Below are positions 8,205-16,195 of a DNA stretch of 64,000 bases, in pieces. The DNA lies in contig JAZDKJ010000006.1 in the NCBI GenBank assembly GCA_043803105.1, forward strand, positions 364,222 to 428,221. The letters are read 5' to 3'. The stretch comes from Candidatus Woesearchaeota archaeon (GTDB taxonomy: Archaea > Nanobdellota > Nanobdellia > Woesearchaeales > JAZDKJ01). Within the stretch, counting starts at the first letter, position 1. Each line of letters opens with the position of its first letter. Under the pieces are notes generated by a model. It worked only from the letters and a program-made list of their open reading frames with translations. It did no database searches and was not told where the DNA came from. A program made the position numbers and the translations under genes.

Positions 8205-10154
8205 TTATTTCTGCGGTTCGCTCGATGTCCAGTCCTGCTTGCACATGTTGTCGATTGCAGAGTATGCAAAGCTGCCCAGAGTATAGTCGAGAAGTTTCCA
8301 TGTCAAATCTCCTGCCAGGGCCTTGTTTGCCTGCTGTTGGGCTTCCCTCTCTGCTATTGCTTTTTGCTCGGCAGGGTCATTGTATGCTCCTGCAGTCTTC
8401 GCACTCAACACACTGGCGTATACTATTCCATCCGTACCGAGCACTGTTTTTTCCCCACTTAGTGCTATCCTTTCAGACCTGATTGGCCCACCCTCATCAA
8501 ATGTGTACTCTGTAACCATGGCCCCTGCTTGTGCAATATAGGTGCTTGATATTGCTCGTGTTGGAGGTGGAAAACTTTGTGGTGTACACACAGTGGGAGG
8601 AAATCCCTGCTTGACATATGCACCGTAAGGATACTCACTGTTAGGTTCTTGGTATTGGTAGTCCTGTTGTGCAAAATAGACTTGGGTGAGTGTAGGATCC
8701 TGCGCAGCTTGGCTGGCGCTTATGTCTATGATATTTATATCCGGATATATTGTGCTTTTCCAGCAGTTGCAGTTTGTATTGAAATGGTAAGAACCTTCTG
8801 ATGCTATGCTTGATATCTTCCCGTTATACCCGTTTTGGGTTAGGTCAGTTTGGAGTGTAAGATAGCTCATCCCTGATTTTAGGAGAGGGGTGTTGCCCCC
8901 AGCCACAATATAGTAACTGTATTTACCTTCCTTGTCAGTTGCAGATTGGCTATCAATTTTGCTTATTATTATCTGCCCCTTGTTCCCGTCAAAAACAACC
9001 CCTGCCTTCACATCATCAACCGTAACTGAAGGTTTGACTACCTGTCCGTTCTTCGCTACCCCATCATACATTTTGTCTCCATTCTTGTCAACCAATCTGT
9101 AATTATAGGGCACGGGTCTTCCAGACAACCTGTTCTTTATGTCCTCAAAGTGCAGGTCAGTGCATGTTGGTTCATTAAAGCTCGTTGACATCCAGTTCCA
9201 TGACTCTGTTACCTGTGATATCATTCCAGGAATGTTGGTGAGCTCCATCAATTTCAATACGCATTTTGGTATGGCTGCCTGCTTGATGATTTCTCCCAGC
9301 TGGCTTGCAAGGTATTTTGCCAGGATTGACATAAGTATCTTAGCCACAGTCTTTAGTATAGAACCTTTCCAGTACATGCACAGCGCTTCATCTAGTTGTT
9401 TCTCGCATGCCTCTGTTGATATTCCTGCGGTGCACGCCTGTTCGATGCAGCAATTATACACCTGGTAGATTGTCTTGAGCTTTCTTATGTTAAATAGTAT
9501 TGCAACTGGGCACAGGCAGTAAGTTGCAGTGTAGATGTTCTCATAAGGATTCAGGTGGAAATCTCCGATAGCCAGGTTTCCGTACCCTCCGCCTGTTGTT
9601 GTCTTTCCAACTCCAACCGTGTTGCTCAGGCTTTCAGAGTTCTGTCCTAGCACCGGCACGTTCTTCACTATTCCTCCGCATCCAAACTTTCCTGTGCACC
9701 AGCCGCAGCTTACAAGACAGCACAATCCCTGCACTACCGGCAATTTGTACACGCTAGACCATGCCTTAAACACTTTTTGCATTGCTATGCAAAGTTTGGT
9801 GCCAGTGAGTAGTCCAAGCAGGCAGCAGTCCCCTGCCTCGTCTCCTGAGAACCCTATTAAGCTTGATATTGCCGATAGCACGATGTCTATGGCGCTCATT
9901 ACAGTGCATATCATGAGCATTATTGACGCTACGCTCTCAAGCGTTCCTATTACTCCATTGTCAAGCGAGTCAGCTATGCCTGAGCTTTTCTTGTGCTTCT
10001 CAATGCACTGCTGTCCAGCCTCAAGGTCTGTTGTGCCAGTTTCCTCTGTTGCCTTACCAGTAACTGGATTTACCTCTGCAAATGCGATTGAAGTGCAAAA
10101 TGGGATGCTGATTATGAGAAAGATTAGGATTTTGGCTACTTGCTGTTTTATCAT
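8205..10154 (-). CDS. secreted cysteine-rich large protein (signal peptide plus one TM), hypothetical
   Basis: 649 aa. N-terminus MIKQQVAKILIFLIISIPFCTSIAFAEV is a signal peptide. Many Cys, CC and CxC motifs. Starts 2 nt after the upstream gene's stop. Confidence 0.6.
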   Translation of the reverse strand: MIKQQVAKILIFLIISIPFCTSIAFAEVNPVTGKATEETGTTDLEAGQQCIEKHKKSSGIADSLDNGVIGTLESVASIMLMICTVMSAIDIVLSAISSLIGFSGDEAGDCCLLGLLTGTKLCIAMQKVFKAWSSVYKLPVVQGLCCLVSCGWCTGKFGCGGIVKNVPVLGQNSESLSNTVGVGKTTTGGGYGNLAIGDFHLNPYENIYTATYCLCPVAILFNIRKLKTIYQVYNCCIEQACTAGISTEACEKQLDEALCMYWKGSILKTVAKILMSILAKYLASQLGEIIKQAAIPKCVLKLMELTNIPGMISQVTESWNWMSTSFNEPTCTDLHFEDIKNRLSGRPVPYNYRLVDKNGDKMYDGVAKNGQVVKPSVTVDDVKAGVVFDGNKGQIIISKIDSQSATDKEGKYSYYIVAGGNTPLLKSGMSYLTLQTDLTQNGYNGKISSIASEGSYHFNTNCNCWKSTIYPDINIIDISASQAAQDPTLTQVYFAQQDYQYQEPNSEYPYGAYVKQGFPPTVCTPQSFPPPTRAISSTYIAQAGAMVTEYTFDEGGPIRSERIALSGEKTVLGTDGIVYASVLSAKTAGAYNDPAEQKAIAEREAQQQANKALAGDLTWKLLDYTLGSFAYSAIDNMCKQDWTSSEPQK

Positions 10155-10156
10155 TT

Positions 10157-12328
10157 CTAACTTACCTCTGGCGCAACAAACTGTGAATAATCGTTAACTG
10201 TGTAATCTACCTGTTTTGTCTTGCCGTCGCAGTTATCATCGACAGTGATCTTTCCGCTTAGCCTGCTGCCATCAATGACTGTCTCAGTGATGCTGTTTAC
10301 CTCAAGGTTCTGGTCTGAGAGGAAATCCACCATGCAGTAGAATTTTATTTTGCTGCCCCTTAGGCTGGTTGCTTTCCATCCAAAGTTCCCGTTGCCAATT
10401 ATCCAAGGTCCTTCGTAGTTGGAATGCGTCAAGGGATTGTTGTCAAAGTCCACTGTCACTGTGTTGTCTCCTTCTTTATAGGTTGAGGGCTTTATGACCA
10501 CGTTGCCTTTGGCCAGCATTCCCACCCGATAGTTTCCGCTTCCTATTATCATGCTCTTCATTGTTGGGTATAGGACAGTAGGGTTTGCAGACGCCCCGTT
10601 TATTGATATTGTTATCTCGTCTTTTGGCCTTGGCTGGTAGCGTGTTTCCTGCAACATTTCTTCAGGTGTTTTTCCGCAGCTGCTTCGTAAATATCCATTT
10701 GTCAGATAATAGTTCTCCAGGAATTTTCTTGCAAGCACAAGCTCCACTTCAATGCTGTAATTCTTCAGTTTCTCCAGTTTGTATTCGCTTTTTACAGCAT
10801 CAACAATCGTGCTGTAACCTGCCTTCTGCAACTTAAGCTGGAGCCCTGCGCATTTCGGCAGCTTTAAGGAGGCTCTGCCGCTGGAGGCTGTCTCTCCTGC
10901 ATCGCATTCGTTGATTGTGTTGTTGCATTGGAATCTGACACCAACTCCAGGCAATAATCCTGTTTCATTCGTTGTGACTACACTAGCCTGCGTGCTTACG
11001 TTGTTGCAGTCAAAGACACTTTTCATGGTCTCGCTTCCGAAAAATGCTGTCAGGTTCACTTCGCTATATGGATTCTGTCCAGTGCACTGCCTGTTCTGGT
11101 TTCCGCACAGGAAGAGTTGCATCGGGAAATAAAACGAGAAGCCCTGTTTTTCCTGCACCAAATTACCAATAATCTTGGCAGAATCGCTGTCTGTGATTTT
11201 TATCACCACAGGATGTGTCAAGAAGTACTTGAACCTGTAATCATAAATGCAGAAGCTTGGGAGGAATGGTATGCTTGTCTGCGATTCCTTGTCCGGGCTA
11301 ATCACGTTGCCGCTTGTGGGTTTGATGTCAAATTTGTTATCTGATTGTGCAGGGTAACTGAATTCTACGCTTATTGAGCTAAGATTTTCGAAATAATTCC
11401 TGATAAAGCTGTCATAAACTCCCTGGACTGAAGCGTCGTTTGAAATCACTCTTTCAAACTTTGTTCCGGCCATCTTTAGGTATGGAAAATTTTTTGAAAG
11501 TATGCCTTCAAGATTTTCCTTGACTTCATCTTTCGTCCATGTTACGTATTTGCAATCTGTGCTTGAGTCAGAGAAGCTGAACGGCGGAAGGTCTTTTGCT
11601 CCCTTTTCTGCCCCGGTATAGCTGTACAGAGAAATCAGTGACTTTGCGTGGTCTTCAAGATAAGTGTCTGCAAACTCTCTTGTGACTAATTCCATAGCTA
11701 TCTCATGGATCAGCGCCAGGTTTACATCCACCTGATAATTGTAGTTGTCCACTTCATACTGTTTTTCGTTCTGTGTGATCTGGATTGGCCAGTGAAGATC
11801 AATTGTTGCCTGTTTGCCGAACCTCACTGTGGTGTTTATTGTTCCAGTCTTGATAACATAACTTTTTTTTCTGAAGACCTCAAAGTCCGTGCATCTCGGC
11901 AGGTTTTCTGTGATGTATCTAGCTAGCTCATTTTGCATGTAATCTGTTGAAGGTACAGAAATCGAATCTTCGGTGATCCAGTAAGGGACCTTGTTCTTTC
12001 CTGTGGCGTCAATAACCTGAATCATGCTCCCAGTTTTAACCACAGTCCTATCGCCGCTTATGCCTGTTGTTTGTAGCTCGGTAGGAATGTATATGAACCC
12101 CGCCTGAAGCCCAAGGATTTCTATTCCTGAATTTGCATAATCACTTAGACACTGTTCCACATATGTCTTAACCTGTTGAGCAGGCTCTGCAAGTTGTAAT
12201 GCCCTTACCTGTTCGACCTGGATTGGCTGCTCTGTTGTTCTTGCCCAGCTAAAGTAGAAGATTGCCGCAGCTATCAGCATGATTATTCCGATGATTATGA
12301 ATATGGTTATCTGTCCTCTTTTTTCCAT
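10157..12328 (-). CDS. large class-III signal peptide (archaeal type IV pilin-like) surface protein
   Basis: N-terminus MEKRGQITIFIIIGIIMLIAAAIFYF has a short basic n-region and an R-G|Q site followed by a hydrophobic helix, as in PibD/FlaK substrates. 723 aa. Confidence 0.5.
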   Translation of the reverse strand: MEKRGQITIFIIIGIIMLIAAAIFYFSWARTTEQPIQVEQVRALQLAEPAQQVKTYVEQCLSDYANSGIEILGLQAGFIYIPTELQTTGISGDRTVVKTGSMIQVIDATGKNKVPYWITEDSISVPSTDYMQNELARYITENLPRCTDFEVFRKKSYVIKTGTINTTVRFGKQATIDLHWPIQITQNEKQYEVDNYNYQVDVNLALIHEIAMELVTREFADTYLEDHAKSLISLYSYTGAEKGAKDLPPFSFSDSSTDCKYVTWTKDEVKENLEGILSKNFPYLKMAGTKFERVISNDASVQGVYDSFIRNYFENLSSISVEFSYPAQSDNKFDIKPTSGNVISPDKESQTSIPFLPSFCIYDYRFKYFLTHPVVIKITDSDSAKIIGNLVQEKQGFSFYFPMQLFLCGNQNRQCTGQNPYSEVNLTAFFGSETMKSVFDCNNVSTQASVVTTNETGLLPGVGVRFQCNNTINECDAGETASSGRASLKLPKCAGLQLKLQKAGYSTIVDAVKSEYKLEKLKNYSIEVELVLARKFLENYYLTNGYLRSSCGKTPEEMLQETRYQPRPKDEITISINGASANPTVLYPTMKSMIIGSGNYRVGMLAKGNVVIKPSTYKEGDNTVTVDFDNNPLTHSNYEGPWIIGNGNFGWKATSLRGSKIKFYCMVDFLSDQNLEVNSITETVIDGSRLSGKITVDDNCDGKTKQVDYTVNDYSQFVAPEVS

Positions 12329-13050
12329 ATGAACCTCTCTGTGTAATGAGCATAATAGTTTCGTGCCCAGCTGATTAGTGGCAGTGCTATCATAACCATC
12401 ACTAACAGCTTGAAGAACTGGTCTAATCTAGGGAGCACAAGAAATCGCAATATCACAACCATGAATCCTATCACCGCGTAGGGAACCACAAATTTATGGA
12501 ACCTGCATCCAGTCCAGAAAAGCGCCTTGATGGATTTTTTTATGCTCCGCGTTCTGGCATAAGAGAAAAGTATAATGGTGTTGAAGTGCAATGTAGCCAT
12601 CCCAATGATGACAAACAGGACATTATTATTCAGTTTGATTATTGAAAACAAGGCAATTACGATTGCGACACATAACAGGCCATAGTTGAGCAACGCCATT
12701 TGCCAGAAGTCTTTCAAGGAAAATCTCGTGCCAACCAGCCTGCTCCATATAATCCCTTTGAAGAGGCTAAACTCCGCTATTGCTGCCACAAAGAACAATC
12801 CTATCAAAATGAACAGCGTCGAAAGAAAACCTGCCAGCATATGTAACTGTTCCTGCGCATGGGCTGGGTCAATTGCTGCATTTAGGTTTACCGGCGTGGT
12901 TGCCCTGACTGTCAATGCCCACACAAGAAAGGTGCAGAATAGCGTAGCATAGAAAAGCAGGTCATAGCCATAGGCCACTAGAATCTTCTTGACTTCAAGA
13001 CTTTGCAGAAGAACCTTAAGTTCCTGCTTAAAATACCCTCTTTCAGTCAC
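12307..13050 (-). CDS. polytopic membrane protein, hypothetical
   Basis: 247 aa with about six TM segments. First gene of the operon, overlapping the next ORF by 22 nt. Confidence 0.5.
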   Translation of the reverse strand: MTERGYFKQELKVLLQSLEVKKILVAYGYDLLFYATLFCTFLVWALTVRATTPVNLNAAIDPAHAQEQLHMLAGFLSTLFILIGLFFVAAIAEFSLFKGIIWSRLVGTRFSLKDFWQMALLNYGLLCVAIVIALFSIIKLNNNVLFVIIGMATLHFNTIILFSYARTRSIKKSIKALFWTGCRFHKFVVPYAVIGFMVVILRFLVLPRLDQFFKLLVMVMIALPLISWARNYYAHYTERFIWKKEDR

Positions 13051-13076
13051 AGATCTTTCTCAGACTGCAGCCCTAT

Positions 13077-13784
13077 TTATATCTTTTTATGGATGTCCTT
13101 TACCTTGCCGAAATCCAATATTTCTCCATCAGAGACCACATAGGCCTCAAAGTCCCGGATTTTATTGTATGGTCCTAACAAATCATCGCTTGTGATGTCA
13201 GTTCCGTAGCTGGCTGAGCTGAATGATGGCATCACTATCAAGTCTGCCTTGCCATATTTTCCCTTCAGAAAACACTTGTAAGTCTCTGCCCTGGCCCCTT
13301 CCCTGATGGTTATTGCAGGATGCATATGCCCGATTATTATTGTCTTTGCTTTCTTTGGAATCTTCTGCTCGACATGCCCATGCATGAGAAAGACATCATC
13401 TATCATTATGTTGTCCACTATCCGTACATTCTTTTTCTTTGCTATTGGTTCGAGTATGATGTCATGGTTGCCCTTGATTAGCGTGACTTTTGCTGACTTG
13501 CTTAAAAGATCAAGCACCTTCATTGTCTCTCTCCATTCCTGGCTAGACACCTCTCCAAATTCGTGCTTGACGTCGCCATTTATGATGATATGTTCTGGTT
13601 TTGTTTTTGCCATTATCTTTTCGAGTTGTTTCAATAATTCGCGGAGCTGAAACCTAGGTATGAAGAAGCCCTGCTTGTTCAATGCCTCCTCAAAGCCAAT
13701 GTGCAGGTCAGAAATGACCAGTGTCTTACATTTCTTAAGGTGCAAGGCAAGGTCGATTATCTCGATTCCAGGATGTATTTCCAT
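13077..13784 (-). CDS. metallophosphoesterase (calcineurin-like phosphoesterase family)
   Basis: Motifs DLHIG, GDVKHEF, GNHD and GHMH. Confidence 0.75.
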   Translation of the reverse strand: MEIHPGIEIIDLALHLKKCKTLVISDLHIGFEEALNKQGFFIPRFQLRELLKQLEKIMAKTKPEHIIINGDVKHEFGEVSSQEWRETMKVLDLLSKSAKVTLIKGNHDIILEPIAKKKNVRIVDNIMIDDVFLMHGHVEQKIPKKAKTIIIGHMHPAITIREGARAETYKCFLKGKYGKADLIVMPSFSSASYGTDITSDDLLGPYNKIRDFEAYVVSDGEILDFGKVKDIHKKI

Positions 13785-13789
13785 GAGCT

Positions 13790-14212
13790 GTGCAAAACCA
13801 GGTGGCTATAAAAGCTTTAGTAAAAAATATAAACCCTGATTGCCCGCCTTGTATTATGAGAGAAACACAGGAGATAATAAAGAAATTCAATGATGAGCGG
13901 GCTTGGAGCACCCCACACAGCATCAAGGACCTGATGCTTAACATGAACGAGGAGATCGGCGAGTTCTGGACCTTGATAAAATAGGTTGACATCCCAACTC
14001 AGCAGAGGCTCATAAAAGAGAACAAAGCTGAGGTCGAGAATTTTGTTGGTGACATGATTTATCTCATCCTCAAGATAGCCTATCTTTGCGAAATAGATTC
14101 CAAAAAGGCCATTGATGATGTAATGCAGGAATATGAGATGCGCTTCCCAAAGGAGCAGACTAAGGGCAGGCACGGCAACAAGCTTGCAGGCGGCATCGAC
14201 CTTAAAGAATAA
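13790..14212 (+). pseudogene. MazG-like nucleoside triphosphate pyrophosphohydrolase interrupted by an in-frame TAG
   Basis: The 5' ORF (13790-13984) encodes ...FNDERAWSTPHSIKDLMLNMNEEIGEFW. After TAG at 13982-13984 the same frame continues with ...ENFVGDMIYLILKIAYLCEIDSKKAIDDVMQEYEMRFPKE to TAA at 14210-14212. Both halves match the MazG/NTP-PPase fold. Confidence 0.6.
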
Positions 14213-14216
14213 ATTT

Positions 14217-14346
14217 ATTCCAGCACAAAGCCGCACTTCTTGCAGAACAATTCATCATTTTCAAAGACTACGCTGTCGCTTCCGCACTCAGGGCAGGTCT
14301 TCTCCTTGTCCTCGTTCTTCAAGTCATTAAGTGAGTGCTCATTCAT
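14217..14346 (-). CDS. TFB N-terminal zinc-ribbon-only mini-protein (43 aa)
   Basis: MNEHSLNDLKNEDKEKTCPECGSDSVVFENDELFCKKCGFVLE matches the TFB/TFIIB Zn-ribbon (CPECGS...GE.VC..CG.V). Its ATG overlaps the upstream ORF's stop as ATGA. Below the 60-aa ORF-track cutoff. Confidence 0.5.
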
Positions 14347-14612
14347 TGCTCTTCCTCTTCAAGCATTTTTTTAACCCTTCGTGCCTTTTCTTCGACTTTT
14401 TCCAGGAGCTCAAGGTCGCTGAAATTCTCTTTTGCACAGCTGTCGCAATAATAGTCAGAAGTGTCCTTTATCTGGAACTGGGCATCGGTGCCGCAGATGA
14501 TGCATTTCTTGGGCATGAGATTCTTACAATGTTTGTGCTGCTTAAAAAGGTTTTGGTTTTGCTTTTGCGGTTTTAAGTCGACAGAATCATTCAAGCCCAA
14601 AGGATTCGACAA
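14343..14612 (-). CDS. small zinc-ribbon protein, hypothetical
   Basis: CIICG...YYCDSC four-cysteine ribbon with an acidic C-terminus. Confidence 0.5.
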   Translation of the reverse strand: MSNPLGLNDSVDLKPQKQNQNLFKQHKHCKNLMPKKCIICGTDAQFQIKDTSDYYCDSCAKENFSDLELLEKVEEKARRVKKMLEEEEQ

Positions 14613-14862
14613 ACTCTGTGATCAGTTTGTACTTGTTCAGGTATTCGTATCCCTTTTCGGTTAGCGAGTAGGTTCTTCCGTCCTTTGTGGTGTGCTGTAC
14701 CATGAATCCTTTTCCCATGAGTTCAGTCAGGTACTCGTCCATCATGACATGGGAAAGGTTTGATTTGTAGAGTATGTGTGTGGGCTTTATTCTGCCGTCT
14801 CTCTCCCTTATGGCATTCAGGATGTCATGTATTACCTGAAGCCTGTCCCGCTTCTTGCTCAT
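14587..14862 (-). CDS. winged-helix DNA-binding protein
   Basis: 91 aa with a typical small archaeal wHTH. Confidence 0.55.
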   Translation of the reverse strand: MSKKRDRLQVIHDILNAIRERDGRIKPTHILYKSNLSHVMMDEYLTELMGKGFMVQHTTKDGRTYSLTEKGYEYLNKYKLITEFVESFGLE

Positions 14863-15521
14863 TTTTTTACAATCAAAATAAGATCTATAAGTATCAAGAT
14901 ATATGCTATCATCTCAAGGCCGTGCGCGATGAAGTAAAAAACTGCGTGGTTGACCGAGAAAATAAAGTGTATGCTTCCAAACAGGAGGAATGTAAACGCA
15001 ACAAATACCATCAAGGTTTTTCCTTGCTTGTTTCCAAGAAAATTCATAAGGTAGTGTGATGTCACAAATATCAGAAGTATGCTTGAAATGATGTAGTATG
15101 CATACAGTTTGTTTGCACTGAGCAGAAGCGCAAAAAGGGAGAGCAGGAACACCAAATACCAGAGCTTCGGGCCTCTTGTTTTGAATGACATGTAGACAAG
15201 AGTGACAAGCGCTGTTATGAACAGTAGGATATGCGTGTAAATGCCCACAAAATTGAGAATTGCAACATTGTTCAGCTGTATGAGCCTTGAGATGCCTTCG
15301 TTTAGCTCGGTCATGACTGCGTAATTCATTGCAGATTGCACAAAATACGCAATTGAAAACAGCAAGAACGCTATTCCAAAAAGCCTGGATTGTTTTTGGT
15401 CGGAAAGCTTGTACACCTTAAAGGCAAAGATACTTACTGCCATGGTGATGATAGCAAAAGTGAACTGCAGCGCAACATCGTAACCAAGAAACCAGGCCGG
15501 TATTAGGTAAATATGAGGCAT
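14859..15521 (-). CDS. polytopic membrane protein, hypothetical
   Basis: 220 aa with about seven hydrophobic helices. Confidence 0.5.
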   Translation of the reverse strand: MPHIYLIPAWFLGYDVALQFTFAIITMAVSIFAFKVYKLSDQKQSRLFGIAFLLFSIAYFVQSAMNYAVMTELNEGISRLIQLNNVAILNFVGIYTHILLFITALVTLVYMSFKTRGPKLWYLVFLLSLFALLLSANKLYAYYIISSILLIFVTSHYLMNFLGNKQGKTLMVFVAFTFLLFGSIHFIFSVNHAVFYFIAHGLEMIAYILILIDLILIVKK

Positions 15522-15659
15522 TTATCCTTGATAAACAGTCTGCCTTTTTTAAGGTTTATGGAACATTCTTTCAGAATAATCTTCAGTATAACTCTTTAAC
15601 AACGAATAAATAAAAGCCTTTGCTATTGATTTCTAACAGCTAAATGGAGGTGGGTGTAA

Positions 15660-15895
15660 TGAAAACCCGTCAAGACTATACGCATGAATTGAAGGCCAAG
15701 GAGGCAAGGATATCTGCATATGAGCCTGACTACATCAGGACAATTTATGACTTTGACTTTGAGGAGGTGCAAGCATGAGGGTCGAGGATTATGAGTTCCT
15801 GCTTGTGGGCGACATATACCATTGGCAGCTGGATGGGCAGGGCCGCATTATGATTATGGAGAACGTCAGCCAAAAGCCTGCTACGTCTTATTAAA
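15660..15895 (+). CDS. two overlapping 39-aa small ORFs behind a Shine-Dalgarno-like GGAGGTGGGTG
   Basis: ORF1 is MKTRQDYTHELKAKEARISAYEPDYIRTIYDFDFEEVQA. ORF2 starts at an ATGA overlap (about 15776) and reads MRVEDYEFLLVGDIYHWQLDGQGRIMIMENVSQKPATSY. Confidence 0.25.
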
Positions 15896-15964
15896 ATTTT
15901 ATTTTTATTGTTCAAACAAAGGCTTATCTATTTGATAAGGTCAAATTGTAGTTGAGGTGAAAAT

Positions 15965-16195
15965 ATGCCTATGATGTATGATTATGGTTACGGCCATGGA
16001 TGGGGATCCTTCGGAGCCTTTTGGATGATAGTCTTTTGGGCTGCATTGATTTGGTTTATTGTCTGGCTCGTAAGGAGGAGCGATTGGCACTCGATGCGCG
16101 GCACAGAATCCTTAGAGATTGTAAGGCAAAGATACGCAAAAGGAGATATAACCAAGAAGCAGTTTGATGAGATGAAAAAGGACCTTAATGGTTAA
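15965..16195 (+). CDS. SHOCT-domain small membrane protein
   Basis: One TM plus C-terminal LEIVRQRYAKGDITKKQFDEMKKDL, a SHOCT motif. Confidence 0.6.
   Translation: MPMMYDYGYGHGWGSFGAFWMIVFWAALIWFIVWLVRRSDWHSMRGTESLEIVRQRYAKGDITKKQFDEMKKDLNG

Noticed and set aside
13982-13984. Genome-wide TAG reassignment (pyrrolysine or sense-codon recoding) suggested by the in-frame TAG in the MazG-like gene
   Set aside because: The aRF1 in this window keeps canonical NIKS, YxCxxxF and GGQ motifs. No pyl genes are visible. No other conserved gene in the window has an internal TAG. Pseudogene or sequencing error is more parsimonious.
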